From the IMG/VR virus record IMGVR_UViG_3300032116_014939, positions 178,065 through 242,064 of that record: 64,000 nucleotides of DNA; one strand, 5' to 3'. The position numbers and the translations under genes are program-made. Below, in pieces: positions 29,346-37,679 of the stretch; position 1 is the first letter of the stretch, and each line of letters begins with the position of its first letter. The notes under the pieces are model-generated. The model searched no databases and was not told the DNA's origin. It saw nothing but the letters and a program-made list of their open reading frames with translations.

Positions 29346-30425
29346 TTAAAACAATTCAGGATGATATAAAAAATTTAAAAAAGTATCATAATCAATTTTA
29401 ACGGTTTGGTTAAATTCATTTTTACTATGATTACTATATGTAACAAGTATCTTTCCGTCATCAACATCTTGAATTATGAATTTGTTTGGTGTCTTTTCAC
29501 CAAATGTTTTTTGTGAAGGAAATTCATACCATTTATTAAATTCACTATACTTTAACTTTGATAATTTTTCAAGTATTTCAGAGTTTTTACGATAAGAATC
29601 GATATTATCACTATTTTCAATTTTTTCCATGATTTTGTCAAGATTCCAAGTTACACTTCTGTTAAAACCTTCATCATCATAATTTTGACTATCAAAATAA
29701 GCATAATAATCTTCATATAAATCTTCATCAAACTGTATTCCCAATTGGTCAATACTTGTTTTTAACATATCTGAAAGTTTAGCGTCTTTGTCTTCACCAG
29801 ATTTATCCCAAGTATTTAAAAGAATTGCTACAGTTGTCATGTAGAGATTAGTACATTTTTTCTCAAAGATATTTAAAGGAAGTAAAGCGTTACATAATTT
29901 AGATGTAACATATTGTCTTAATCCTTTAACCAAGGCTTCATCATATTCACTTGAATAATCGTAAATAATACTATCTATCTCATTTGAAAATTCATTTTTT
30001 AACCACTTACAAATTTCAATAACTTTATCGTTATGATTTCTTAAATCATCAACGGAAAGACTAGGTCTTAATATTTTTACTATTTGTTTAACCCTATCTA
30101 AATTCTCATCATTGAAATAGTGTAGTAAATAACCCTCGTCCCAATCATAATCCATGGAATAATCATCAACAAAAACATTACCTCCATAATACCCCCCTTG
30201 GAAAGCAACTCTAATTAAATAACCGTTATTAGTTTCATCATTATTTCTAGTGAAAAGGTCAACATAATCATTAGTATCAAACGTTAAATAAACCAAAGAC
30301 TTACCAAGATTTTTTTCATTTATTCTTGTAATACGTAAAATATCCTCATCGTCTTCGTACCTAACAAAATTTGCGGTAACTAAATCTTCCGTAAAATCTT
30401 TTAATGCCTGATAAAGTTGACTCAT
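29346..30425 (-). CDS. hypothetical acidic protein
   Basis: 359-aa ORF; TATTTAT motif upstream. Confidence 0.75.
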   Translation of the reverse strand: MSQLYQALKDFTEDLVTANFVRYEDDEDILRITRINEKNLGKSLVYLTFDTNDYVDLFTRNNDETNNGYLIRVAFQGGYYGGNVFVDDYSMDYDWDEGYLLHYFNDENLDRVKQIVKILRPSLSVDDLRNHNDKVIEICKWLKNEFSNEIDSIIYDYSSEYDEALVKGLRQYVTSKLCNALLPLNIFEKKCTNLYMTTVAILLNTWDKSGEDKDAKLSDMLKTSIDQLGIQFDEDLYEDYYAYFDSQNYDDEGFNRSVTWNLDKIMEKIENSDNIDSYRKNSEILEKLSKLKYSEFNKWYEFPSQKTFGEKTPNKFIIQDVDDGKILVTYSNHSKNEFNQTVKIDYDTFLNFLYHPELF

Positions 30426-30446
30426 TAAACTTTTTTTTAATAAATA

Positions 30447-30478
30447 CTTGGTAAAAGAAGAATATATTTATATCTTTG
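30447..30478 (+). promoter_or_regulatory. Bacteroidota-type promoter for tmRNA
   Basis: CTTG, 20 bp, TATCTTTG (30471-30478). Confidence 0.7.
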
Positions 30479-30500
30479 TAACATAGTTCTTTGAGTATAT

Positions 30501-30895
30501 GGGGATGTTTTTGGATTTGACAGGTATGAATCTGTCATAAAACGCACGTCGGGGCTAAACTAACCCTGTAAAACTGGTTTAAAACACAAACGGCAACACA
30601 ATTGCAAAACTTTCTACACTCGGTTTAATCCGTACTGAAGAAGTAACTGTAGCCTAATCTAAGATTAGTATACAACGGGGTCGGTGAGCATATAACCTTG
30701 CAACAGAAGCTTGTACTGTGGTGTGGTTTCTATCCGAAAAGAAACAAAGTGGAGGATTAGTTCTCAGTAAACCGAACCACTATAAAATAAGGGAATTGTG
30801 AAGTTTCGGATTGTTTAGAAAAACAATGACCTAAACGTGTAGTGTTTTATGGTCGACATATTTGGACCGGGGTTCGAACCCCCGCATCTCCACCA
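30501..30895 (+). ncRNA. ssrA: tmRNA
   Basis: 5' GGGGATGTTTTTGGATTTGACAGG and 3' GGTTCGAACCCCCGCATCTCCACCA; acceptor stem GGGGAUG/CAUCUCC with the G3:U alanine determinant, T-loop and encoded CCA; 395 nt. Confidence 0.95.
30592..30657 (+). other. tmRNA tag reading frame (A)GNTIAKLSTLGLIRTEEVTVA*
   Basis: Resume-like context ACAAAC|GGC AAC, then 21 sense codons and TAA. Confidence 0.7.
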
Positions 30896-30898
30896 ATT

Positions 30899-30926
30899 AA
30901 AAAGGGACTTTTCAGTCCCTTTTTTT
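30899..30926. terminator. bidirectional intrinsic terminator after tmRNA
   Basis: AAAAAGGGACT-tttc-AGTCCCTTTTTT. Confidence 0.85.
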
Positions 30927-31794
30927 ATTTTATCATTTTTGATTTAATTCTTTTAACATCTTCTAAAATATTCTTTTTCTTTTGTTCAGATTCAAATTGT
31001 GGTATAATACTTTTAACTTTATCTAAAATATCATCTAATTTATATCCGAATATTTCAAACCCATTATCATCGTCTTTCACATCATCATCAGAAAAAAGTT
31101 CTTTTGCTTTATCCACCAATCCTTTTTGACTTTCTTTATCACCTACCTTTGCATCTGATAAGTCACCTAATCCAACATAATCTAAAAATTTATCAAGTTT
31201 ACTTGGTTCTTGTAATGGTATTTTTGACTCAATTTTATCAAAATCAATATGGTCTAAATCTAAATCTTTAACTGATGAACAAAATTCAGAAGTGCCGTGA
31301 CCTTCATCTTTTCCACTTTCAGACCAAGAAAAATGATAGTGAACACCTGTTGAATGTTTACTTGGATGTCTATATTCATCAATAAAAGTAAACCCAGGAT
31401 ATTTTTTTCTTACAGCACATAACACAGTTGATATTCTATCTAATTCTTCATCATCATTTTTATCAACCCCTTTAAATACAACGTCATTAGCATTACCTTT
31501 ATTATGTCGACTATTTGGGTAACTTTGGTGGAATTTATCTCTACCTGAACCAAATCTAATTTTTAGATGAGGTAACTCTTGTTTTAAGGCGGCGGCGGCT
31601 TTTTTCAAAACATCACCAAATTGAGGGGTTAAGTCTCCGACCTCAGCCATGGTTGATTTTGTTTCATAACCTAATCCCTCCAAATAATTTTTAACACTTG
31701 ATGCCACAGGACGAGCAATTGATTCTTCTTCAAAGATATATTCTAACTTACGTAGTTCTTTTAATGATTGCTCGTGTAATTGTTTTTTATTCAT
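30925..31794 (-). CDS. peptidase M15 (LAS)-like peptidoglycan endopeptidase domain protein
   Basis: 'SRHNKGNAND' (H-x6-D) and 'GVHYHFSW' (HxH) zinc motif. Confidence 0.7.
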   Translation of the reverse strand: MNKKQLHEQSLKELRKLEYIFEEESIARPVASSVKNYLEGLGYETKSTMAEVGDLTPQFGDVLKKAAAALKQELPHLKIRFGSGRDKFHQSYPNSRHNKGNANDVVFKGVDKNDDEELDRISTVLCAVRKKYPGFTFIDEYRHPSKHSTGVHYHFSWSESGKDEGHGTSEFCSSVKDLDLDHIDFDKIESKIPLQEPSKLDKFLDYVGLGDLSDAKVGDKESQKGLVDKAKELFSDDDVKDDDNGFEIFGYKLDDILDKVKSIIPQFESEQKKKNILEDVKRIKSKMIK

Positions 31795-31806
31795 TATGAA
31801 AATGGT

Positions 31807-31820
31807 ATATTTATAAATAT
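31807..31820. promoter_or_regulatory. palindromic double TATTTAT motif between divergent genes
   Basis: ATATTTATAAATAT is a perfect 14-bp palindrome between starts at 31794 (-) and 31822 (+). Confidence 0.65.
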
Positions 31821-31821
31821 T

Positions 31822-32589
31822 ATGGAAAACAATAAATTAATTCAAATCGCCAAAAAGTTATCTTTATCCATTAAAGATAGATATGTTACACAAATATCAA
31901 GAAAATTAAATGACCGTAAAGGCCCGTATCGACAAATGATGTCCGTGTTAGAAGGATGGGATTTTGTTAAATTGGTATTTTTAATCAACGCCATTAATAA
32001 TGGTGAAAAAGAATTTGAATCAATATTATGGAAATTAGACAATGAAAGATTTACCTACGCAATTGCCACTGTATTTGATACTGAAGTTCAGGAAAGCTGT
32101 GATTACTGTGGTGGTGATGGTGAGATTAGTTGCAGTGAATGCGATAGTTCAGGTGAAGTAGATTGTGATGAATGTGGTGGTGAAGGTGAAGACGACGAAG
32201 GTGAAACATGTTCAAATTGTGATGGTCGTGGTAGACTTGATTGTGATACCTGTGGGGGTAGCGGTCATGAAGATTGTTATGACTGTGGTGGTACAGGTGA
32301 ACAACAAAAAAGCGATGCTTACGAATTAAAATTAGACTTTTATTTTAGTATTAATGAAGAATTAAAATCAGAAGTTAGTGAACTTAACAGATATGACAAA
32401 ATTGACTCTGACACAATCACAGATTATGAAGATACAAATGAAACTATATTAGTATACGCATCACCGATGGCAATAGAAGTTGAGACAAATGAAGATTTAG
32501 AATATAATACTGAATATTTCTATGAAATAGATACAGCAGGATGGGTTGGTAATACGGCTAGTAACCCAAACTTTGATTTAGATTATTAA
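31822..32589 (+). CDS. DnaJ-type zinc-finger (CxxCxGxG) repeat protein without a J domain
   Basis: Six repeats: CDYCGGDG, CSECDSSG, CDECGGEG, CSNCDGRG, CDTCGGSG, CYDCGGTG; no HPD motif; ATG at 31822. Confidence 0.75.
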   Translation: MENNKLIQIAKKLSLSIKDRYVTQISRKLNDRKGPYRQMMSVLEGWDFVKLVFLINAINNGEKEFESILWKLDNERFTYAIATVFDTEVQESCDYCGGDGEISCSECDSSGEVDCDECGGEGEDDEGETCSNCDGRGRLDCDTCGGSGHEDCYDCGGTGEQQKSDAYELKLDFYFSINEELKSEVSELNRYDKIDSDTITDYEDTNETILVYASPMAIEVETNEDLEYNTEYFYEIDTAGWVGNTASNPNFDLDY

Positions 32590-33203
32590 ATCAAAAAGTT
32601 TCTAACTGACTGAGTGTCTTTTTTGAAGTCCTCTCTAAAATTCTTTGTAAACTCCTCATTTTCACAATATACTTCAACATGTTCACTGAACACCCAATCC
32701 ATACAAAGAAGAGCTATTAAATGATTTTCTTTGTCCATAATTGGTAATGAAACCATAGATTGTGTTCCAAACTTTTTAATTAAAGCTCTCGTTGCAATAT
32801 CAGGGATAAGTTCACAATCGTGAATAAACAATCCGTCATCCATAGTTTGTTTAATTAACCAATTGTAATGACTTACAAAAACATTTTGTATTTTTTCAGT
32901 TATTCTTTCAAGACCATCTGAACATCTTTCATATGTCACAGACGCTTTTTGCATTGCTGATGATGTATAGAAATTACCACCATTGTGAAATTGAATAACA
33001 TATATTCTATCAGCATTATATTTTCTTCTAATTTCTCTTAAAGTAGAGTGAACAATTTCATCTGTTTCAATTTGCTGAGAAAGTTTGTTTCTTGAACTTT
33101 GCTTTGCTCTCTTTTCCTTCATCATATTGAAAAACCCCGCAGTTATTAATGCTATAACAATTGATGTAACTGAGGTAATAATCGTTGGTACTAGTTCCTT
33201 CAC
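32586..33203 (-). CDS. membrane-anchored GAF-fold protein, T4 holin T-like candidate
   Basis: One N-terminal TM segment, then 'NADRIYVIQFHNGG...SMVSLPIMDKENHLIALLCMDW', typical of GAF strands. Confidence 0.55.
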   Translation of the reverse strand: MKELVPTIITSVTSIVIALITAGFFNMMKEKRAKQSSRNKLSQQIETDEIVHSTLREIRRKYNADRIYVIQFHNGGNFYTSSAMQKASVTYERCSDGLERITEKIQNVFVSHYNWLIKQTMDDGLFIHDCELIPDIATRALIKKFGTQSMVSLPIMDKENHLIALLCMDWVFSEHVEVYCENEEFTKNFREDFKKDTQSVRNFLI

Positions 33204-33254
33204 TTTTTCTTTCTTTAAAATTTATGTAACTGATTTATAAATAGTTTAAAAAAT

Positions 33255-33284
33255 AAAAAAAGGGTCAATATTAACCCTTTTTTT
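33255..33284. terminator. intrinsic terminator downstream of the tRNA
   Basis: AAAAAAAGGGT-caatatta-ACCCTTTTTTT. Confidence 0.75.
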
Positions 33285-33288
33285 AATG

Positions 33289-33365
33289 TGGTACCCCCGA
33301 AGGGATTCGAACCCCTGACCCACAGATTAGAAATCTGTTGCTCTATCCTACTGAGCTACGAAGGC
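33289..33365 (-). tRNA. tRNA-Arg(UCU)
   Basis: GCCTTCG-TA-GCTCAGTAGGATAGAGC-A-ACAGA-TTTCTAA-TCTGT-GGGTC-AGGGGTTCGAATCCCTT-CGGGGGT-ACCA; TATATTTG promoter at 33378-33385 (minus strand). Confidence 0.95.
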
Positions 33366-33404
33366 AATTATTTGTCACAAATATACGTGTTTTTTGTTAC
33401 ACCA

Positions 33405-33578
33405 TCAAATTTTCTTGACAACGTATCTGTAACCTGAGTCAGAATTCATCTGAAGAATAGATTTAAAATCTTCAGCCTTTTCTTCAGCATCAAATTCTAA
33501 AATTTCGTCCTGAGAATTTAAAATAATAACAGGTAATTCTTTCTTGTCGACCTTAATATACTTAACAATACAATACAT
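33405..33578 (-). CDS. 57-aa hypothetical protein (not in ORF track)
   Basis: MYCIVKYIKVDKKELPVIILNSQDEILEFDAEEKAEDFKSILQMNSDSGYRYVVKKI, coupled to the upstream ORF. Confidence 0.7.
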   Translation of the reverse strand: MYCIVKYIKVDKKELPVIILNSQDEILEFDAEEKAEDFKSILQMNSDSGYRYVVKKI

Positions 33579-33580
33579 AA

Positions 33581-33832
33581 TTAATATCCAAAATGTGTTC
33601 CACTATAATTATCCCAAGCGTCATCAAACGAAAATTTAACTCTATCGTATTTTTCAATTATAGAAGATGATTTTTCCTCAATAAAGTTTGGATTTGAAAT
33701 AAATTCTTTCCATGTATAAAAATCATGTAAACTTTCTAATACCTCTAAAGGAACTAGTATAAGTTTATCATGAGTTAACCCTTTAACATCATTTCTATAT
33801 TTTTCAGATATTTGTATTTTGTTTTCCGACAT
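33581..33832 (-). CDS. hypothetical protein
   Basis: 83-aa ORF. Confidence 0.7.
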   Translation of the reverse strand: MSENKIQISEKYRNDVKGLTHDKLILVPLEVLESLHDFYTWKEFISNPNFIEEKSSSIIEKYDRVKFSFDDAWDNYSGTHFGY

Positions 33833-33870
33833 AACAATTTAAGTATAATAATACTTATTGGAAAATTCAA

Positions 33871-33902
33871 TTTGTCTCAATAAATTTTTATTAATATATT
33901 TG
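33871..33902 (+). promoter_or_regulatory. Bacteroidota sigma-A type promoter
   Basis: TTTG (33871-33874), 20 bp, TATATTTG (33895-33902). Confidence 0.75.
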
Positions 33903-33907
33903 TGATT

Positions 33908-34396
33908 ATGAGTGGAATATTGGTTCTTAATTCAGATTATAGTCCCTTAAATGTAACATCGTTTAACCGTGGGTTTAATTTAGTATATAAAGGAAAGGCA
34001 GAGATTGTTAAATCATCTGAAGAACCAGTTGTATGCGGTGTTATGAAATTTGTTAGACCATTGATTATTCGTCTTTTAAATTACGTTTCTTTTAACAGAA
34101 GAAGAATACGTGTTAATCGTCATAGAATCATGAGACGTGACAATAATGCCTGTGTATATTGTGGTAGTAAAAAAGACCTTACAATCGACCATATTATCCC
34201 AAAATCAAAAGGTGGGGGTAATACATGGGATAACCTAGTTACGTGTTGTATAACGTGTAATTCGAAGAAAGGGGACAAGTTATTGAGTGAGACTAATATG
34301 AAGTTAATGAAAAAACCCACAGAACCTACTATATTTTCGGATTCTGTGGGTCAGTCTTTACAAAAAGTTTGGATTGAATTCCAAAAAAGTTTCTAA
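33908..34396 (+). CDS. HNH endonuclease (McrA-like)
   Basis: 'RDNNACVYCG...LTIDHIIPKSKGGGNTWDNLVTCCITCNSKKG'. Confidence 0.93.
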   Translation: MSGILVLNSDYSPLNVTSFNRGFNLVYKGKAEIVKSSEEPVVCGVMKFVRPLIIRLLNYVSFNRRRIRVNRHRIMRRDNNACVYCGSKKDLTIDHIIPKSKGGGNTWDNLVTCCITCNSKKGDKLLSETNMKLMKKPTEPTIFSDSVGQSLQKVWIEFQKSF

Positions 34397-36142
34397 TTAT
34401 TTTTCAATAATTGATTTTTTAATTTTTTCTTCAAGTGACTTGATATCTGTTTTAACACCTTCAATATAATTTTGTAGATGTTGTCTTACACCTTGCTTAA
34501 GTTGTTTATCATCAAACTTAATTGACTGAGATACAATACCTTTTAATCCTTCTTCTTCTTTTGAAGATGATTGTGCAGATTTTGTAACCGCAGTTGCAAT
34601 AGCCTCAGGAACATCATATTCGTTTTTAAACATATCTTTAGCTGAAACTTTTTCTAATTCAGATTTTATGTTCTTTCCCATTTCTGATGTTGGTTGTACT
34701 TGTAGTTTGTTTAAAATATACTCAATTGCTCTATTTTTAAATTCAGTTTCTTTTCCTTGGAAAATAACATCAAATGATTTTTCAAATTCTGCGTTTGTTG
34801 CTTCGTTTAAATTTTTAGTTTTTCTGAAATTATTAAGTCCGTCAAAGAATTTTTTGAAGTTTTGTTTTTGGAAATCTTCAGATAATGAAATTAAAGTTTT
34901 TTCATTTTTCTTTGATTTTAATTTGGTTTGAATATTTTCTTTAATCATTTTACCTTCTTGAAACACTCTTAATTTAGTTTTTACTCTACTTTCCAAATCC
35001 GTCTTTAACCAATTTGAATTTTTTGAATTACACATTTGAATAGCCTTTTGAACTGTTTCACTTCTATCTGAAGATGATTTTAAAGCATTTCTTAAATTAA
35101 CACATAAATTTCTATTAGCACCTGCTGATAAAATTACTTCAGCACTTGAGTCAGCTGGTGTATCTGAAGGTCTAACATTTTTAGTTTTTCCTTCTTCACT
35201 TCTACCACCTGAAATATATGGTGTAACTTCTTCACCACTATCTTTTAAAAACTTAGTAAATAAATCACTTTTTCTATCAACACGAGTAAGTTCGTCTCTC
35301 ATCCAAACTTTATGTAACGACAATAATCTAACAATTGGGTGTTGGTAAATTTGATGTTCTTTACCATCTTCATCCATCCAAACATTTTCATCCCAATTAA
35401 TATCATTAGCATCAAAACCACAAAAATCAGATGGTACTAAATTACCATACCAACCTTGTTCACCTGACCATTCAATAAATTCTCTAGTTTTTTGATTTAA
35501 TGTTTCAACACCTTCTCTTCTATATTTTTTTTCAAATAAATTACCTAAAGTCCAAGACTCACATTTTCTTTTTTCTGACTCAATTGCTTTTTCAAAACTA
35601 ACGTCAACCCCTTCACCTGTCTTTAACCAATTTTCGTTTTCATCTTTAATTTGTTTACCTAACGATTGTAAAGCCGAGTTAGGAGAATTAAGTAAGAATT
35701 GGATAAACTCATTACCATATTCTTCCCAAGCAATTTTGATAGAATCAGCATCATCTTTTATATCTGAAATAATATCTTTAATATTTTTTTTGCTAAAAAA
35801 ACCATAACGAAAACTTTTTAACCATTTTCTGAATTTATTTGACCTATCAATAGTATTAATTGGGAATTCAACTTTTTTAGTTTCAGTATCTTTTTTATCC
35901 TTAGAACCAGAATCTTTTTTATTATCAGAACCGCCTGGTCCTTTACCCTCTTTTTTATTATCAGAACCGCCTGGACCTTTACCTTTATCACCTGAACCGC
36001 CTGGACCTTTACCTTTATCACCTGAACCTCCTGGCCCTTTACCTTTATCACCTGAACCTCCTGGCCCTCCACCTGAACCTCCTGGCCCTCCACCTGAACC
36101 GCCTGGACCTATTTCATTTAATATATCTATATTTTCTTCCAT
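34397..36142 (-). CDS. large probable virion-internal protein with an N-terminal GPGGS repeat tract
   Basis: 581 aa; 'ILNE' followed by seven GPGGS units. Confidence 0.75.
   Translation of the reverse strand: MEENIDILNEIGPGGSGGGPGGSGGGPGGSGDKGKGPGGSGDKGKGPGGSGDKGKGPGGSDNKKEGKGPGGSDNKKDSGSKDKKDTETKKVEFPINTIDRSNKFRKWLKSFRYGFFSKKNIKDIISDIKDDADSIKIAWEEYGNEFIQFLLNSPNSALQSLGKQIKDENENWLKTGEGVDVSFEKAIESEKRKCESWTLGNLFEKKYRREGVETLNQKTREFIEWSGEQGWYGNLVPSDFCGFDANDINWDENVWMDEDGKEHQIYQHPIVRLLSLHKVWMRDELTRVDRKSDLFTKFLKDSGEEVTPYISGGRSEEGKTKNVRPSDTPADSSAEVILSAGANRNLCVNLRNALKSSSDRSETVQKAIQMCNSKNSNWLKTDLESRVKTKLRVFQEGKMIKENIQTKLKSKKNEKTLISLSEDFQKQNFKKFFDGLNNFRKTKNLNEATNAEFEKSFDVIFQGKETEFKNRAIEYILNKLQVQPTSEMGKNIKSELEKVSAKDMFKNEYDVPEAIATAVTKSAQSSSKEEEGLKGIVSQSIKFDDKQLKQGVRQHLQNYIEGVKTDIKSLEEKIKKSIIEK
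35915..36110 (-). repeat. in-frame tandem repeats encoding GPGGSGG / GPGGSGDKGK / GPGGSDNKK
   Basis: 21-, 30- and 36-bp units visible in the DNA. Confidence 0.9.
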
Positions 36143-36155
36143 ATTAATTATTTAA

Positions 36156-37634
36156 TTAATCCCAATTCCAAGTATTGTTACTATATGTCATACCCCATTG
36201 TTTATTACCAACAATAGCAATTGCCTTGTTTGGTGATACTGTTGCGTCATAGAGTATATCACCTAACGTGTTAATATCCCATTTACCGGTATTATGTTCT
36301 CCATTAGCATCTGCGGTTAACCATGTTTTAATTGTCTCTTTAGTTTGGTTGTTTGTTTCTTTTTGGTCACCACCACCTTTTGGTGTTATTGTTGGTGTTA
36401 TTTTATTATTATCATCTTTGAATAACTTATAATTATAAGTATTAGTTGGGGTCTCAACAGTTAATTCCTCAATAGGACCAAGAGCTTCGTTTTCATAAGT
36501 TTTATATGAAACTCCATAACCATCTGCCTTTAAAAATAGTTTTTCTAAATCGTCTGGTTTTGCAACATTAAGATATGCATTTAAAATTGCCTCACTCGCA
36601 TTTTCAGTTGAGGGATATACTTTTTTAATTTTTGTATATGGTTTCTCTCGTAATTCATCAACAGTTTCTGGAATTTTTGATAATCCCTCTACCGCATAAT
36701 AAACCACTACCCCAATTATAATAAGAGAACCTACACTTACCCCCATAGTAACCCCTTTTTTTCTAACGTATTCTAATACTTTATACCATTTCTCACCTTG
36801 GAACGCACTTTTAATTCTACCCCAAATAGATGGTTTTTGAAGTTGTTCAAATAAATACTGTCTAGCTTTGTACTCCCCTTCTGATTTGATTTTACGTTTA
36901 GTTTCATCTTCAAAATATCCAAACCAATCAGCAAATTTCTTTTTAGATAATAAAGGGTCACCTTTAATTTTATTTCTAACGGAACTACGAATATTATCAT
37001 ATTGGTCATCAATAGCTTTTGCCTTTGCAATTGCATCTTCCGCTTCTGTCCTTGCATTTTTTAAAGGTTTGCCATACACATCATCTAAAGCAGCCTTTAA
37101 TTCATTATCGAGGACATCATCCCCAGTTTTAATTTCTTTTACTAATAAATCAAAGTCGTCAGCAGTTTTAAAAACCAATTTAGGAGGTAAATTAGCGCCG
37201 CTTTCTATTTTTGTGATAACATTCTTTACGTTTGTTCCCACATTGTCTTTAAACCAAGTTTTTGCAATAAGTTCAGCACCTTCAGGTGTTCCAATAATTT
37301 GTTTCATTATTGTTTTTGAAACTGTTTCAACGACTGCTTCCGGAATTTCTTTTTTTACAATTGCCGCTGATAGTTCTTCTAAAGTATTATATGTTTTCGG
37401 TATAGTGTTACGATAAGATAAATTTCTTGTTTCACGACTAACAACGTCATCAATTACACTCATCGCGTTGTCATCAAAACTTTTTCCAACATCCGCAATT
37501 GCTTGTACTAAATCACCCACTTGTTCAGATATTAAATCATTTTGTTCGAATTGAAAATCTTCAATTATGTCTGTCTTTTTAATACCCATTATTTCTTGGA
37601 TTCTAAAAAGCTCCTCATTTAAAACTTGTTTCAT
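36156..37634 (-). CDS. large probable virion-internal protein with one TM segment
   Basis: Leader MKQVLNEELFRIQEIMGI...LISEQ; hydrophobic 'GVSVGSLIIIGVVVYYAV'. Confidence 0.75.
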   Translation of the reverse strand: MKQVLNEELFRIQEIMGIKKTDIIEDFQFEQNDLISEQVGDLVQAIADVGKSFDDNAMSVIDDVVSRETRNLSYRNTIPKTYNTLEELSAAIVKKEIPEAVVETVSKTIMKQIIGTPEGAELIAKTWFKDNVGTNVKNVITKIESGANLPPKLVFKTADDFDLLVKEIKTGDDVLDNELKAALDDVYGKPLKNARTEAEDAIAKAKAIDDQYDNIRSSVRNKIKGDPLLSKKKFADWFGYFEDETKRKIKSEGEYKARQYLFEQLQKPSIWGRIKSAFQGEKWYKVLEYVRKKGVTMGVSVGSLIIIGVVVYYAVEGLSKIPETVDELREKPYTKIKKVYPSTENASEAILNAYLNVAKPDDLEKLFLKADGYGVSYKTYENEALGPIEELTVETPTNTYNYKLFKDDNNKITPTITPKGGGDQKETNNQTKETIKTWLTADANGEHNTGKWDINTLGDILYDATVSPNKAIAIVGNKQWGMTYSNNTWNWD

Positions 37635-37679
37635 AATCTTTTTATTTATAAATATACTTTTATTTAAAAAAACAATATA

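Noticed and set aside
30842-31129. 95-aa + strand ORF starting inside tmRNA
   Set aside because: It overlaps the tRNA-like 3' end and terminator and is antisense to the M15 gene.
36773-37416. 182-aa + strand ORF and 94-aa alternative-frame ORF within 36156-37634
   Set aside because: Composition is what the reverse or shifted frame of a Lys/Glu-rich gene gives; no independent signals.
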